Shown: positions 11,267 through 21,848, numbered from the stretch's first letter. The stretch: DNA of 64,000 bases from Alphaproteobacteria bacterium (GCA_964291285.2 OZ219785.1:928001-992000), one strand, 5' to 3'. The notes: generated by a model not told the origin, from the letters alone. Numbers and translations are program-made.

Positions 11267-12038
11267 AAAAAAATCTAATGAAATTGCTTTTTGTTCGCGT
11301 TTTGAGCTTGACATCTGGCGGATTGTGATATGATGGTCCCCAGGGAAGCGGACTCCGGAGCCGCTTCCCGGGCGTTGCGCGGCCGAGCGGCGCCGGTTTC
11401 TGAAAACATGTGAGAAGCCGACGGGAGGAGTGCGCCCTCTGCCTCGCGCGCGCAATCAGGCGCGCGAACCGCGCCGGCGCCGACACGCGCCCGGGCAGGC
11501 GCGGGCGCCCGCGCAGGATACGCGCGGAAACAGGGACCCGCTCCCGGTCGGAGCAAGGAGGAACGATGACGGCAACCGACCCCCAACTGGCGGCGATGCC
11601 GGCCGAAAGGCTCGCACCCGCCGCCGGCGCCGGCGGCGGCGGCCCGGCGGGTGGTAAAGCCACAGCCCGGGGCTTCTCTCCACTCGTCACCCCGGACGGC
11701 GCGCCAGCGCCGATCCGGGGGCCAGCCTCGGTTCTCGCGGCGGCTCCGGCGGCTGAGCCTGCTCCCCACCGGCTGCGGCGGCATCGGGGGCCATGGATGG
11801 ACCCCGGGAACAAGTCCGGGGTGACGAAAGGGGCCCGATCCGGGGCGACGGACAAGGGCCGTGCAACTGCGCCAGCCCGCAGGCGGGAGGGGAGGGCAAT
11901 GAGCGGAGCGTTATGCCCGGATCGATCATGGAACATGCCCTATACGCATGCCGAACATGACATCTCATGACATTCCATGACACATGGCGGGGGAAGCCGG
12001 GCGCGCCTCATGACGAAACATGACATATCATGACATGT
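11267..12038 (+). repeat. Dispersed intergenic element, copy 1 (promoter, GC-rich hairpin core, CATGAC arrays)
   Basis: 56-bp core 11429-11484 identical to the reverse complement of 39512-39567; CATGAC at 11956, 11966, 11976 and 12009, 12019, 12029. Confidence 0.9.
11307..11334 (+). promoter_or_regulatory. Sigma70-like promoter at the 5' end of element copy 1
   Basis: CTTGACA at 11307-11313 and TATGAT at 11329-11334 (short spacer), with an AT-rich upstream tract. Confidence 0.5.
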
Positions 12039-12097
12039 CCGCCGGACCCTCCGCCTCCGGGCAGCGGGCGCCCGGCCATGCCAGCGAAGGAGCGCGC

Positions 12098-12979
12098 ATG
12101 ACCCCGCCCCCGGAATTCGTTCATGCCGTCGCCGATCTCGGCGAGGTGACGATCCACTATGTCTCGGCCGGCGCGGACCCCGGGAGCGCGCCGCCCGTGG
12201 TGCTGCTGCACGGCTGGCCCGAGACCTGGTTCGAGTGGCGCCATGTCATGCCCCCGATCGCCGAACACCATCCGGTGATCGCGCCGGACCTGCGGGGCCT
12301 CGGCGACTCCTCGCGGCCCGCGGGCGGCTACGACAAGCGAACGGTCGCGGAGGACATATACCGGCTGCTCTCCGAGCGTCTCGGCCTCGGGCGCTGGCAC
12401 ATTGTCGGCCATGACTGGGGCGGCCCGACCGCCTTCGCGCTCGCCGCGAGGCGGCCGGAGGCCGCGGCGAGCCTGACGGTGATCGACGTGGTGATCCCCG
12501 GTGACGGCGGGGATTTCTCGCAGGCCGGGCGGCGCTGGCACCATGCCTTCCACCGCACCCCGGAGCTGCCGGAGGCGCTGGTGGGCGGGCGCGAGGACGT
12601 CTATCTCGGCTGGTTTTACCGGGCCTATTCCGCGCGGCCCGACGCCATAGACGCCGGGGCGCGGGCGGAATATCTGCGCACCTACAGCGACCCGGAGGCG
12701 CTCCGCGCGGGCTTCGCCTACTACCGCAACCTGCCGCAGGACGCGGCCGACAACGCCGCCCTGCTCGCGACCGGCTTCCGGCTGCCCATGCCGGTGCTCG
12801 CCATCGGCGGCGGCAGGACGGACGCCTTCGGGCGCGCCGGCGAGGTCGAGGCGTCGCTGCGCCGGGTGGCGACCGACGTGCGCGGCCTGGTCGCGGAGGA
12901 ATGCGGGCATTTCGTGCCGGAGGAGGACCCGGAGCTCACCGCCCGCGCCATCCTCGACCACATCGCGCGCTCGCCATGA
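12098..12979 (+). CDS. Alpha/beta hydrolase (epoxide hydrolase/haloacetate dehalogenase-like)
   Basis: LLHGWPE, PDLRGLGDS, GHDWGG nucleophile Asp and CGHFVPEE; AAGGAG RBS. Confidence 0.92.
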   Translation: MTPPPEFVHAVADLGEVTIHYVSAGADPGSAPPVVLLHGWPETWFEWRHVMPPIAEHHPVIAPDLRGLGDSSRPAGGYDKRTVAEDIYRLLSERLGLGRWHIVGHDWGGPTAFALAARRPEAAASLTVIDVVIPGDGGDFSQAGRRWHHAFHRTPELPEALVGGREDVYLGWFYRAYSARPDAIDAGARAEYLRTYSDPEALRAGFAYYRNLPQDAADNAALLATGFRLPMPVLAIGGGRTDAFGRAGEVEASLRRVATDVRGLVAEECGHFVPEEDPELTARAILDHIARSP

Positions 12980-13578
12980 CCGGGCAGGCGGACGGCGTGT
13001 GGGTGTTCGGCTACGGCTCGCTCATCTGGCGGCCGGACATTCCGTTCCGCGAAAGGCGGGTGGCGCATGTGGAGGGCTGGACGCGCCGCTTCTGGCAGGG
13101 TTCGCACGACCATCGCGGGGTGGCGCATGCGCCCGGCCGGGTGGTGACGCTCGTGCCCGAGGCGGGGGCGCGCTGCGGGGGCATGGCCTATTTCGTCGAG
13201 GCGGCGGCGACCGGCCGGACCTGGGACGAGCTCGACTACCGGGAGAAGAACGGCTACCGGCGCGAGACCGTGCGGCTGGAATTCCGCGAGGGCGCGGCCG
13301 AGGGCGCGGTTTACGTGGCGCCGGTCGGCAACCATGCCTTCCTGGGCCCGGCGCCCTTTTCGGAGATGGCGGCGCAGATCCTGCGCTCGGCCGGCCCGAG
13401 CGGCACCAACATCGACTATCTCCGCAGGCTCGCGGGCGAATTGCGCCGGCTGGAGATAGACGACCCGCATGTCTTCGCGCTGGAGCGCCGGGTGGAAGAC
13501 CTCGCCCGGCGGGACGGGCCCGGCTGCGGGGCCGAACACGGGACAACGGGAGAAACGGGAGGCGATCATGTGCGATGA
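12976..13578 (+). CDS. chaC: ChaC-like gamma-glutamylcyclotransferase
   Basis: WVFGYGSLIW, QGSHDHRG...PGRVVTL, LDYREKNGY and GPSGTNIDYL. Confidence 0.92.
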   Translation: MTGQADGVWVFGYGSLIWRPDIPFRERRVAHVEGWTRRFWQGSHDHRGVAHAPGRVVTLVPEAGARCGGMAYFVEAAATGRTWDELDYREKNGYRRETVRLEFREGAAEGAVYVAPVGNHAFLGPAPFSEMAAQILRSAGPSGTNIDYLRRLAGELRRLEIDDPHVFALERRVEDLARRDGPGCGAEHGTTGETGGDHVR

Positions 13579-14443
13579 GAGAACGGCCCGCGAGGCGGAG
13601 GAGCATCTGCGCCGGTCGGGACGCCTGACCCGGCGCGCCTTCGGGGCGCTTTCGGTCGGGGCGGGGATGGCGATGCTGCTGCCCCGGGCCGCGGACGCGC
13701 TGGAGGTGGCGGCGGCGGATGTCGAGGTGCCGACGCCCGACGGCATGGCGGACTGCCATTTCGTGCATCCCGCGTCCGGCGCCCATCCGGGCGTGCTGAT
13801 CTGGCCGGATGCGCTCGGGCTCAGGCCCGCCTTCCGGCAGATGGCGCGGCGGCTGGCCGAATCGGGCTATGCGGTGCTGGTCGTCAACCCCTATTACCGC
13901 GCCGAGCGGGCGCCGGTGGTGCCGGAGGGAGCCTCCTTCCGGGACGAGGCGGTGCGCAGCAAGGTCTTCCCGCTGATGCGCTCGCTCACCCCGGAGAGGA
14001 CGGTGGCGGACGCGGCGGCCTTCGTCGGCTTCCTCGACGGCCGGAAAGCGGTGGCGAAGGACCGCAGGATGGGGACGACGGGCTACTGCATGGGCGGCTC
14101 GATGACCATGCGCACCGCGGCCGCCTTCCCCGACCGGATCGGCGCCGGCGCCTCCTTCCATGGCGGCAGGCTCGTGACCGACAGGCCGGACAGCCCGCAC
14201 CTGCTCGTCGGCAGCATGCGCGCGCATTACCTGTTCGCCATCGCCGGGAACGACGACGCGAAGGACCCGGAGGCGAAGACCGCGCTCCGCCGGGCCTTCG
14301 ATGCGGCGGGCCTGCCGGCGGAGATCGAGGTCTATGCCGGCACCCTGCATGGCTGGTGCCCGCCGGATTCCGCCGTCTACGACGAAGCGCAGGCGGAGCG
14401 GGCCTGGAGCCGGATGCTGGCGCTGTTCGAGGCCGCGCTATAG
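13568..14443 (+). CDS. Dienelactone hydrolase family protein with a Tat-like signal
   Basis: TRRAFG twin-arginine motif, GYCMGG nucleophile, ASFHGG and LHGW. Confidence 0.9.
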   Translation: MCDERTAREAEEHLRRSGRLTRRAFGALSVGAGMAMLLPRAADALEVAAADVEVPTPDGMADCHFVHPASGAHPGVLIWPDALGLRPAFRQMARRLAESGYAVLVVNPYYRAERAPVVPEGASFRDEAVRSKVFPLMRSLTPERTVADAAAFVGFLDGRKAVAKDRRMGTTGYCMGGSMTMRTAAAFPDRIGAGASFHGGRLVTDRPDSPHLLVGSMRAHYLFAIAGNDDAKDPEAKTALRRAFDAAGLPAEIEVYAGTLHGWCPPDSAVYDEAQAERAWSRMLALFEAAL

Positions 14444-15949
14444 GGCGGCGCCGGCGTCCTCCGCCTCCGCCGACTGCGCCCTTTGGGCGAGAAGGGCGCG
14501 GTCCACCTTGTTGGTGCTGGCGAGCGGCAGTTCGGCGAGGAAATGCACCCGGCGGGGGTGCATGTAGGCGGGCGCCTCGGCCAGCGCATGGGCCTTGACG
14601 GCGTCGGCGTCGAGCCGCGCGCCCGGGCGGGCCGCCACGAAGGCGACCGGCATGTTGCCGCGCACCGGATCCGGCACCGGCACCAGGCAGGCCTGGGCGA
14701 TGTCGGGATGGCCCTCCAGCACCTTCTCGACCTCGGAGGGCCAGACATTCTCGCCGTTGACGGTGAACATGTCGTCCACGCGGCCGACGAAATAGTAGAA
14801 GCCGTCCTCGTCGCGGCGCATGACGTCGCCGGTGCGGTAGAAGCCGTCCGCGGTCACCGCCTCGGCGGTCTTCGCCGGCAGGTTGAGATAGCCCGGCATG
14901 TTGGCCGGGCAGCGCATCTGGAGCTCGCCCTCCCCGGCGTCGAGATCGCCGCCCGAGGCGAGGCGGACATCCACCCCGTCGAGGCGCGCGCCGAGCGCGA
15001 GGTCGGGCGTCGGCAGGCCGTCGGGGTGCGCGCCGAACACGACCGGGCCCGCCTCCGTGGTGCCGTAGGAATAGGCGATGCGGGCATTGGGGAAGGCGCG
15101 GCGGGTCTCGGCGAACAGCGCGGCCGTGGCGGGCGCCGAGCCCATCGTCACCACCTCGACGGAGGACAGGTCGAGCCGCGCGATCAGCTCCCGCTCCTGC
15201 ATCGCCAGCGCGATCATGGTCGGCACGGAGGTGAGCCAGGTGCAGCCGAAACGCGGCACCGCCTCCAGGTAGCGCGGGGCGGTGAACTGCCCGAGCAGCG
15301 CCATGCTCGCGTGGCCGGCGACAATGAACTTGGAGCTGGCGAGCGCGTTCATGTGGTAGAGGGGTGCGGCGACCAGGTAGCGGTGGCGGGCGATCTCCGG
15401 GTTCGCGCGGAAGCGCATCTCGAGCACCCAGAGATGGCCCGCATGGGTGAGCGGCACGCCCTTGGGCATGCCCGTCGAGCCCGAGGTGTAGAGGATCTGC
15501 GCGACCTCGCCGGAGTCGGGAACGACGGTCTCGAACGCGCCCGGATCGAGGAAGGCCTCGAAATCCGGGCCGAATTCGACTGCGGGCAGGCCGTCCGGCG
15601 CGCGGTCCCGGCAGGCCTCGTCCACGAATACCAGCCGGGAGCCGCTGTCCCGCAGCACATGGCCCACGGTCTCGTCGGGGAAGCGCCAGTTGACCGGCAC
15701 GGCGACCAGGCCCGCGCGCATGGCGCCGAAATAGACCGCGAGCCAGTCGGCGCTGTTGGCGGCGAAGATCGCGACGCGGTCGCCGCGTTCGAGCCCCCGG
15801 GCGAGCAGTGCGCGGGCGGCGGCGCGGATGCGCTCCTCGAGCCAGCGGTGGCTGCGCACGGGCGCGGCTTCCCAATCGGCCGCATCGATGATGGCGGGCC
15901 GGTCCGGGTCCCTGTTGCGGTCCGCGAGGTCGCCGAGATTGATGCGCAT
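14438..15949 (-). CDS. AMP-binding acyl-CoA synthetase family protein
   Basis: YTSGSTGMPKG, YGTTE, GFYRTGD and NKVDR. Confidence 0.92.
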   Translation of the reverse strand: MRINLGDLADRNRDPDRPAIIDAADWEAAPVRSHRWLEERIRAAARALLARGLERGDRVAIFAANSADWLAVYFGAMRAGLVAVPVNWRFPDETVGHVLRDSGSRLVFVDEACRDRAPDGLPAVEFGPDFEAFLDPGAFETVVPDSGEVAQILYTSGSTGMPKGVPLTHAGHLWVLEMRFRANPEIARHRYLVAAPLYHMNALASSKFIVAGHASMALLGQFTAPRYLEAVPRFGCTWLTSVPTMIALAMQERELIARLDLSSVEVVTMGSAPATAALFAETRRAFPNARIAYSYGTTEAGPVVFGAHPDGLPTPDLALGARLDGVDVRLASGGDLDAGEGELQMRCPANMPGYLNLPAKTAEAVTADGFYRTGDVMRRDEDGFYYFVGRVDDMFTVNGENVWPSEVEKVLEGHPDIAQACLVPVPDPVRGNMPVAFVAARPGARLDADAVKAHALAEAPAYMHPRRVHFLAELPLASTNKVDRALLAQRAQSAEAEDAGAAL

Positions 15950-16073
15950 GGATGCCTGCCCCCTTCCTGCCGGCGCGGGAGAATAGCCGCTGGCGGCGGG
16001 CCTGTCCCCGCCTGCGCAGGACTGCCGCACCCGCTGGCGCGCGCCCGGCCGCCTGTGCTATTCGCCTCGGCCC

Positions 16074-16499
16074 ATGACAGACGCGCTGCCGCTCACCGTC
16101 GCCGCCCTGCAGGCGAAGATCGACGCCTCGCCCTTCAATGCCGGCATGGGGATTACCGTCACCCACGCCGACGCGGAGGCGGAGGAGGTCACCATGCGCC
16201 TGGAGATGCGCCCGGAGTTCGAGCGCGCGCACGGCACGGGCCAGTATCACGGCGGCGTCATATCCGCCTTCATCGACACGGTCGGCGACTATGCGCTGGT
16301 GGTGAACCGGGGCGGCGGCGTGCCGACCATCAACTACCGCACCGACTTCCTGCGCCCGGCCTCGAACACCGCGCTCACCGGCAAGGCCAGGGTGCGCCGG
16401 GCGGGGCGGACGGTCGCGGTGGTCGATATCGACGTTTATGACGAGCAGGGCAGGTTGGTCGCGGTCGGCCGCGGCACCTACGGCACCCAGGTCGGATGA
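16074..16499 (+). CDS. PaaI-family thioesterase
   Basis: [25 protein letters not shown] and [10 protein letters not shown]. Confidence 0.9.
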   Translation: MTDALPLTVAALQAKIDASPFNAGMGITVTHADAEAEEVTMRLEMRPEFERAHGTGQYHGGVISAFIDTVGDYALVVNRGGGVPTINYRTDFLRPASNTALTGKARVRRAGRTVAVVDIDVYDEQGRLVAVGRGTYGTQVG

Positions 16500-16510
16500 G
16501 GAAGCCTTCG

Positions 16511-17053
16511 ATGCTGAGACATGTCCTTTCCCTTTTCGCTTTCCTCGGAGCACTCATCGTGACGGACGCCCAGGCCCAGAATCCCAAGGTCTATTTCGAC
16601 ATTTCCATCGACGGCCAGCAGGCCGGCCGCATCGTGCTGGAGCTGCGCAAGGACGTGGTTCCGAAGACGGCGGAGAACTTCCGTGCGCTCGCGACCGGCG
16701 AGCCCGGCTTCGGCTATGCCGGCTCGCGCTTCCACCGCGTCATTCCCGACTTCATGATCCAGGGCGGGGATTTCACCCGCGGCGACGGGCGCGGCGGCCG
16801 GTCGATCTACGACGACCGGTTCGAGGACGAGAATTTCACCCTCATCCATGACCGGCCGGGCCTGCTCTCCATGGCCAATGCCGGGCCGAACACGAACGGC
16901 TCGCAATTCTTCATCACCACCGTGCCGACGCCCTGGCTCGACGGCAAGCATGTCGTCTTCGGCCATGTGGCGGACGGCATGGACGTGGTCCGCAAGATCG
17001 AGCAGGCCCCCAACAACGCCGCCGAGATTACCGCCTCGGGCGAGGTGGAATAG
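16511..17053 (+). CDS. Cyclophilin-type peptidyl-prolyl isomerase with signal peptide
   Basis: [39 protein letters not shown] and [10 protein letters not shown]; alternative start at 16496. Confidence 0.95.
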   Translation: MLRHVLSLFAFLGALIVTDAQAQNPKVYFDISIDGQQAGRIVLELRKDVVPKTAENFRALATGEPGFGYAGSRFHRVIPDFMIQGGDFTRGDGRGGRSIYDDRFEDENFTLIHDRPGLLSMANAGPNTNGSQFFITTVPTPWLDGKHVVFGHVADGMDVVRKIEQAPNNAAEITASGEVE

Positions 17054-17066
17054 AGGCGCCGCGGCT

Positions 17067-18653
17067 TCAGGGGCCGAACACGACCTTCGGCAGCCAGGTG
17101 GTGAGTTCCGGAATGGCCGCGACCACGCCGAGCGCCAGCACCTGGATCGCGACGAAGGGGGCCACGCCCCTGTAGATCTGGACCGTCGTCACCTCGGGCG
17201 GCGCCACGCCGCGCAGGTAGAAGAGCGCGAAGCCGAAGGGCGGCGTCAGGAACGAGGTCTGCAGGTTGAGCGCGATCATGATCCCGAGCCAGACGGGATT
17301 GAGGTCCATCAGCAGCAGGATCGGCGCCACGATGGGCACGACGACGAAGGTGATCTCGATGAAGTCGAGCACGAAGCCGAGCAGGAACATCAGCGCCATG
17401 ACGAAGAACATCGCGCCGACCACGCCACCCGGCAGCGAGGTCAGGAAGCCGTGGACCAGGTCGTCGCCGCCGAGCCCCCGGAAGACGGAGGAGAACAGCT
17501 GCGCGCCGATGACGATGCCGAACACCATGGCGCTGACGCGCGTCGTGCTGCGCATGACCTCGTGCAGGCCGCCGCTGGTGTAAACGCGGGCAAGGCTGAC
17601 CCAGATGCCCCAGGCGAGCGCGATGCAGCAGAGCATAGCGACGGCGATGCCGACACCGTCCGCCGGGGGAATGTCGTCCCGCGACACCCGCAGATCCATG
17701 AAGCCGGTCAGGAACAGCACGACCACCAGCCCGATGGCGGCGGCATAGATCGGCCGGCCCTTCTCGGGGTCCAGCCTGAGCCCGCCCAGCAGCGTCGCGC
17801 CGATCGCGCCGACCGCCGCCGCTTCCGTCGGCGTCGCGATGCCGGCGAGGATGGAGCCCAGCACCGCGACGATCAGCACCACGGGCGCGACCAGCGCGCG
17901 GGCGACCTGCATGACGATCTCGCGGTCGGTCCGGCCCTGCACCAGTTCGTCGCGCGGGATCGGCGGCGAGGATTCGGGCCGGAGCCACGCGATGAACATC
18001 TGGTAGAGGATATACATGCCGACCAGGGCGAGGCCGGGGAGCAGCGCGCCCGCGAACAGGTCGCCGACCGACACGGGGTCCGGGGCGAAATTGCCGAGCT
18101 TGCGCTGCGCCTCCTGGTAGGCGTCCGAGATCTGGTCGCCCAGCACGACGAGGACGAGCGAGGGCGGGATGATCTGGCCGAGCGTGCCGGAGGCGCAGAT
18201 CGACCCGCAGGCGAGCGAGGCGCTGTAGCCGCGCCGGAGCATGGTTGGCAGCGAGAGCAGCCCCATGGTCACGACCGTCGCGCCGACGATGCCGGTCGAG
18301 GCCGCCAGCAGCGCACCGACCACGCAGACGGAAATGCCGAGGCCGCCGCGCATTGCGCCGAACAGCATGCCCATCGTGTCGAGCAGCTCCTCGGCGACCT
18401 TGGACCGCTCCAGCATGACGCCCATGAACACGAACAGCGGCACCGCGACCAGGATCTCGCTGATCATGGCGTTGCCGTACACGCGGTTCGGGAAGATGCC
18501 GAGGAACGCGAAGTCGAAGACGCCCAGAGCCGCGCTGATGCCGGCGAAGAGCAGTGCCACGCCCGCGAGCGTGAAGGCGACGGGGAAGCCCGCCATCAGG
18601 AAGCCGCACACGCTGACGAACATGAAGCAGACGAGATATTCGTTGATCGTCAT
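17067..18653 (-). CDS. dctM: TRAP transporter large permease
   Basis: AVPLFVFMG, AASTGIVGA, GQIIPPS, ATPTEAA and QTSFLTPPFG. Confidence 0.95.
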   Translation of the reverse strand: MTINEYLVCFMFVSVCGFLMAGFPVAFTLAGVALLFAGISAALGVFDFAFLGIFPNRVYGNAMISEILVAVPLFVFMGVMLERSKVAEELLDTMGMLFGAMRGGLGISVCVVGALLAASTGIVGATVVTMGLLSLPTMLRRGYSASLACGSICASGTLGQIIPPSLVLVVLGDQISDAYQEAQRKLGNFAPDPVSVGDLFAGALLPGLALVGMYILYQMFIAWLRPESSPPIPRDELVQGRTDREIVMQVARALVAPVVLIVAVLGSILAGIATPTEAAAVGAIGATLLGGLRLDPEKGRPIYAAAIGLVVVLFLTGFMDLRVSRDDIPPADGVGIAVAMLCCIALAWGIWVSLARVYTSGGLHEVMRSTTRVSAMVFGIVIGAQLFSSVFRGLGGDDLVHGFLTSLPGGVVGAMFFVMALMFLLGFVLDFIEITFVVVPIVAPILLLMDLNPVWLGIMIALNLQTSFLTPPFGFALFYLRGVAPPEVTTVQIYRGVAPFVAIQVLALGVVAAIPELTTWLPKVVFGP

Positions 18654-19204
18654 ACGCCGGGCCCCCGGTCTTCGGCGGCCGCACCGGCCGGGCGTTCGAG
18701 GCCGCGCATGACGAACAGCGCATGCACGAGCATGGAAAGCCCTTGCAGCGACAGCACGAACGGAAAGACGAGAAGCAGCGATTTCAGCAGCCAGAACGGC
18801 ATGAAGGTGCCTTCGGGCGAGCCTTCCAGCACGCGCACGGAGGCGCCGACATAGGTGAGGCCCTTCCAGGTCATGACGGCGCAGAGCGGCCACAGGAAGA
18901 CGAGCACGCCGATGAAGTCGATCAGCGCCTTGCGCTCCGGCGTGGCCGCTCCGTAGAAGATGTCCACCCGGACATGGCCGTCATGCAGCAGGGTGTAGCC
19001 GGCGCCGACCAGGAACAGGATCGAGTGCATGAACAGCACGGATTCCTGCATCGGGATGAAGCCGAGCCCGAACACGTAGCGCAGCAGGACGACGGCGAAC
19101 TGCATCAGCACCATGAAGAGGGCGAACCAGGACACGACCCGGCCCAGATGCTCGTTTGCGGTATCGATCGCCCGGACGAATTGCTTCAGTGCGCTCACCG
19201 GCAT
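18650..19204 (-). CDS. dctQ: TRAP transporter small permease
   Basis: VLLRYVFG, GAGYTLLHDGHVRVDIFY; four TM segments. Confidence 0.93.
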   Translation of the reverse strand: MPVSALKQFVRAIDTANEHLGRVVSWFALFMVLMQFAVVLLRYVFGLGFIPMQESVLFMHSILFLVGAGYTLLHDGHVRVDIFYGAATPERKALIDFIGVLVFLWPLCAVMTWKGLTYVGASVRVLEGSPEGTFMPFWLLKSLLLVFPFVLSLQGLSMLVHALFVMRGLERPAGAAAEDRGPGV

Positions 19205-20051
19205 TCCCCGCTGGCTTCAGGGCAAGAGCAGACGGCCCGCGCCGGGGTGGCGCGGGCGTCTCGCCCGGCGCATGACGGCCTTGTCGGCCGCCCGGCGCCT
19301 TAACCGTAGTTGAACGGCAGGACCCGCGCGTTCATGTAGCCCTGCTCGCCGATCTTGGCCCAGTCGATGGCCTGTTTGCGATAGGCGATGAAGCTGTCAT
19401 AGATGCGCTTGGTCATGTCGTCGGTGTTGCCGATGTCGCGCACGACCTCGCCGGCGACATTGCCGATGGCGATCAGCATGTCCTCCGGATACTGGTGCAA
19501 CTGCACGCCGTGCTCGCTGAGCAGCTTGTTCAGCGACCCGAGGTTGCGGGCGTTGAACTCGGCGAACTGGATGTAGGACTCCGCCTCGACCACCGTCGTC
19601 ACCAGGGCCTGTTCCTCGGCACTCAGGCTGTCCCACAGCGTCTTGTTCATCACCACGCTGGCGGAGGTGCCCGGCTCGTGGAAGCCCGGATAGAAGTAGT
19701 GCTTGGTGATCTTGTGGAAGCCGAAGGCGAGGTCGTGCCAGGGGCCGACCCATTCGGCGGCGTCGATGGCGCCCGACGCGAGCGACGGGTAGATCTCCGC
19801 CACCGGCAGGTTGACGACCGTGACGCCGAGCGCCCGCAGCACCTCGCCGCCGATGCCCGGCATGCGGAACTTGAGGCCCTTGAAGTCGTCCAGCTTCTGG
19901 ATCGGCTCGCGGTACCAGCCGCCCATCTGCGTGCCGGTGCTGGACCCCTGGAAGCCCTTGAGGTTGAACCCGGCCGCCAGCTCGTCCCAGAGCTCCTGCC
20001 CGCCGCCATATTTCATCCAGGCGGCGTGTTCGATGCCGGTCAGCCCGTAGG

Positions 20052-21267
20052 CAGGGCAATCGCTTTTGGGCCTGTCATGCGGCGGCCCGGATCAAGTTGA
20101 GGAGCAAGTCGTCATTCCAGGCTGCGCGTTTGAGTTTTCCGCGCATGGCGTCTTTTGTGGGTTCGCGGCGTGCGATGTTGAGGGCGAGGCGTCGGATCAG
20201 GGCGAGGTTTTCGGGTCCGTGGTCCTTGCGGTTTCGCTGTCGGTCCTCGTTCATGGTCACGTCGAGCACCCAGTGCAGGCAGTTTTCGATGGTCCAATGG
20301 GCGCGCGCGGCGTGCTGGAAGCGCTCGGGCGCGAGCGGCGCGCTCATGATGTAGTAGCGGGTTTCGGTTTTGGTGCTCCTTGCGGTTTCGCGCCTGGCCT
20401 GGATCTTGCCGATGGCGGCCAGCCCCGGCCAGTCATGGCGCTCGCGCAGCCATGCAATCTCGTGGCAGACCGAGGCGCGGCGCGTCTCGATGCGCCCGTG
20501 ATCGCCATCGACATGCTGACATGATTGGAGTTTGTCCGCCTGGGCGGGATCGTCCAGATACAGGCGCACATCCTCATACAGGCTGCCCTGATTGCCCTTG
20601 AGCGCCAGCACATAGTCCCCGCCCTTGGCGGTAACGGCCTCGGCCGTCGCCCGCTGGGTATGCATCGCGTCCGCCGTCACGATCCGGCCCTTGAGCGCCA
20701 GCATCTCCAGCAGCTTCGGCATCGCCGCAATCTCGTTGGACTTGTCATCGACCTTCACCTGGCCGAGCATCAGGCGGGTCCCGGCGGCGAAGGCCTGCAC
20801 CAGATGCACCGGCGAGCGCGCCGCGGCATCGGCGAAGGAACGCCGCAGCGACTTGCCGTCAACCGCGATCACATCGCCGTCCAGAACCGCCGCCCAGTCC
20901 TCCAGAAGCCGCAGCAGCACTTTCTGCAGGCTGTCGGGATCGAGGGCGTTGAACAGGTCCGAAAACGCATCGTGGCTCGGAATGCCGTGCTTCAACTCCA
21001 TGAAACGGCGCAGAAACCCTTCCTTCGCCCGACCGAAACGCTCCATGTCCGCGCATCCCTCCCCACCGCACAAGGTCGAGAGCAGCGCGATCATCAGCAT
21101 CTCGTGCAGAGAGTGGCGCGTCGCATTGCTGCGACGCGGATCCGTAACTCCTTCGAATACTGACGAAAACTCCTCCATCTCACACCCCAACTCACCAGAT
21201 ACGGAAACCGGAGTGTGAATCGAAAACGCAAACTCCTAAAAGCTAATCTTCAAAAGCGATTCCCCTG
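20052..21267 (-). mobile_element. ISAs1-family insertion sequence
   Basis: 17-bp inverted repeats CAGGGCAATCGCTTTTG / CAGGGGAATCGCTTTTG; 9-bp duplication GCCCGTAGG at 20043-20051 and 21268-21276. Confidence 0.95.
20075..21190 (-). CDS. ISAs1-family transposase
   Basis: DPRR, GIPSHD, VDGKSLR, KSNEI, TADAMH, LKGNQ and HWTIENCLHWVLDV. Confidence 0.96.
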   Translation of the reverse strand: MGCEMEEFSSVFEGVTDPRRSNATRHSLHEMLMIALLSTLCGGEGCADMERFGRAKEGFLRRFMELKHGIPSHDAFSDLFNALDPDSLQKVLLRLLEDWAAVLDGDVIAVDGKSLRRSFADAAARSPVHLVQAFAAGTRLMLGQVKVDDKSNEIAAMPKLLEMLALKGRIVTADAMHTQRATAEAVTAKGGDYVLALKGNQGSLYEDVRLYLDDPAQADKLQSCQHVDGDHGRIETRRASVCHEIAWLRERHDWPGLAAIGKIQARRETARSTKTETRYYIMSAPLAPERFQHAARAHWTIENCLHWVLDVTMNEDRQRNRKDHGPENLALIRRLALNIARREPTKDAMRGKLKRAAWNDDLLLNLIRAAA

Positions 21268-21848
21268 GCCCGTAGGGCACGGCGGTGAAGAAGTTGAAGC
21301 CCTTGTGCTTGCCCTGCCAGTAATATTCCGCCGAGTGATACATGTCGGCGTCGCCGGCGCTGACGGCGTCGAAGACGCCGAAGGCCGGCACCAGCTCGCC
21401 GCCGCCATAGACCTTGACGGAGATCTTGCCGCCGGACAGCTGCGTGATGCGCTGGGCGACCCGTTGCCCGGACGTGCCCAGTCCCGGCGAGTTGAGCGGC
21501 CAGGACATGGCCAGCTTCCATTCCTTGAGGCCCTGCGAGATGGCGGGCGCGGCCAGCGTCGATGCGGCGGCGGCGACACCGGCGGTCGCGGCGCCTTGAA
21601 CGAATTTACGGCGTTTCATGGAGTGTCCTCGCTGTTGCGCCGCAAGCCTACCCCGGCCGAGCCGCCCGTCTCCGCTGCCGGAGCGCTGGCGGACCCGCAC
21701 GGCTCGCAGCGTTCGGTTGGAAGAGCGTAGAGCACCGTCTGGGGGGAATCAATTGCAATGGGGCGCGCGCGGCCGGCCCGGAGGGGCCCCGCGCAGGCCA
21801 TGACATCGGTGAGAAATGCGGGCTAATCTGGCGGGGCGCGAAGGAGCC

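Larger units (their letters stand above)
19300..21619 (-). pseudogene. dctP: TRAP substrate-binding protein (TakP-like, Tat signal) split by an ISAs1 element
   Basis: N-part 21619-21268 (MKRRKF...TAVPYG) and C-part 20051-19300; removing the IS and one duplication restores VPYGLTGIEHAAWMKYGGG in frame. Confidence 0.92.

Noticed and set aside
11293-11307. LexA box in the AT-rich end of element copy 1 (GTTC-N7-GAGC)
   Set aside because: Two mismatches in one half-site and no clear equivalent in copies 2 and 3
10869-11983. Long Arg/Ala/Pro-rich ORFs spanning the element (also 38960-39820 and 61813-62247)
   Set aside because: Low-complexity GC-rich translations whose frames and lengths are not conserved among the three homologous copies
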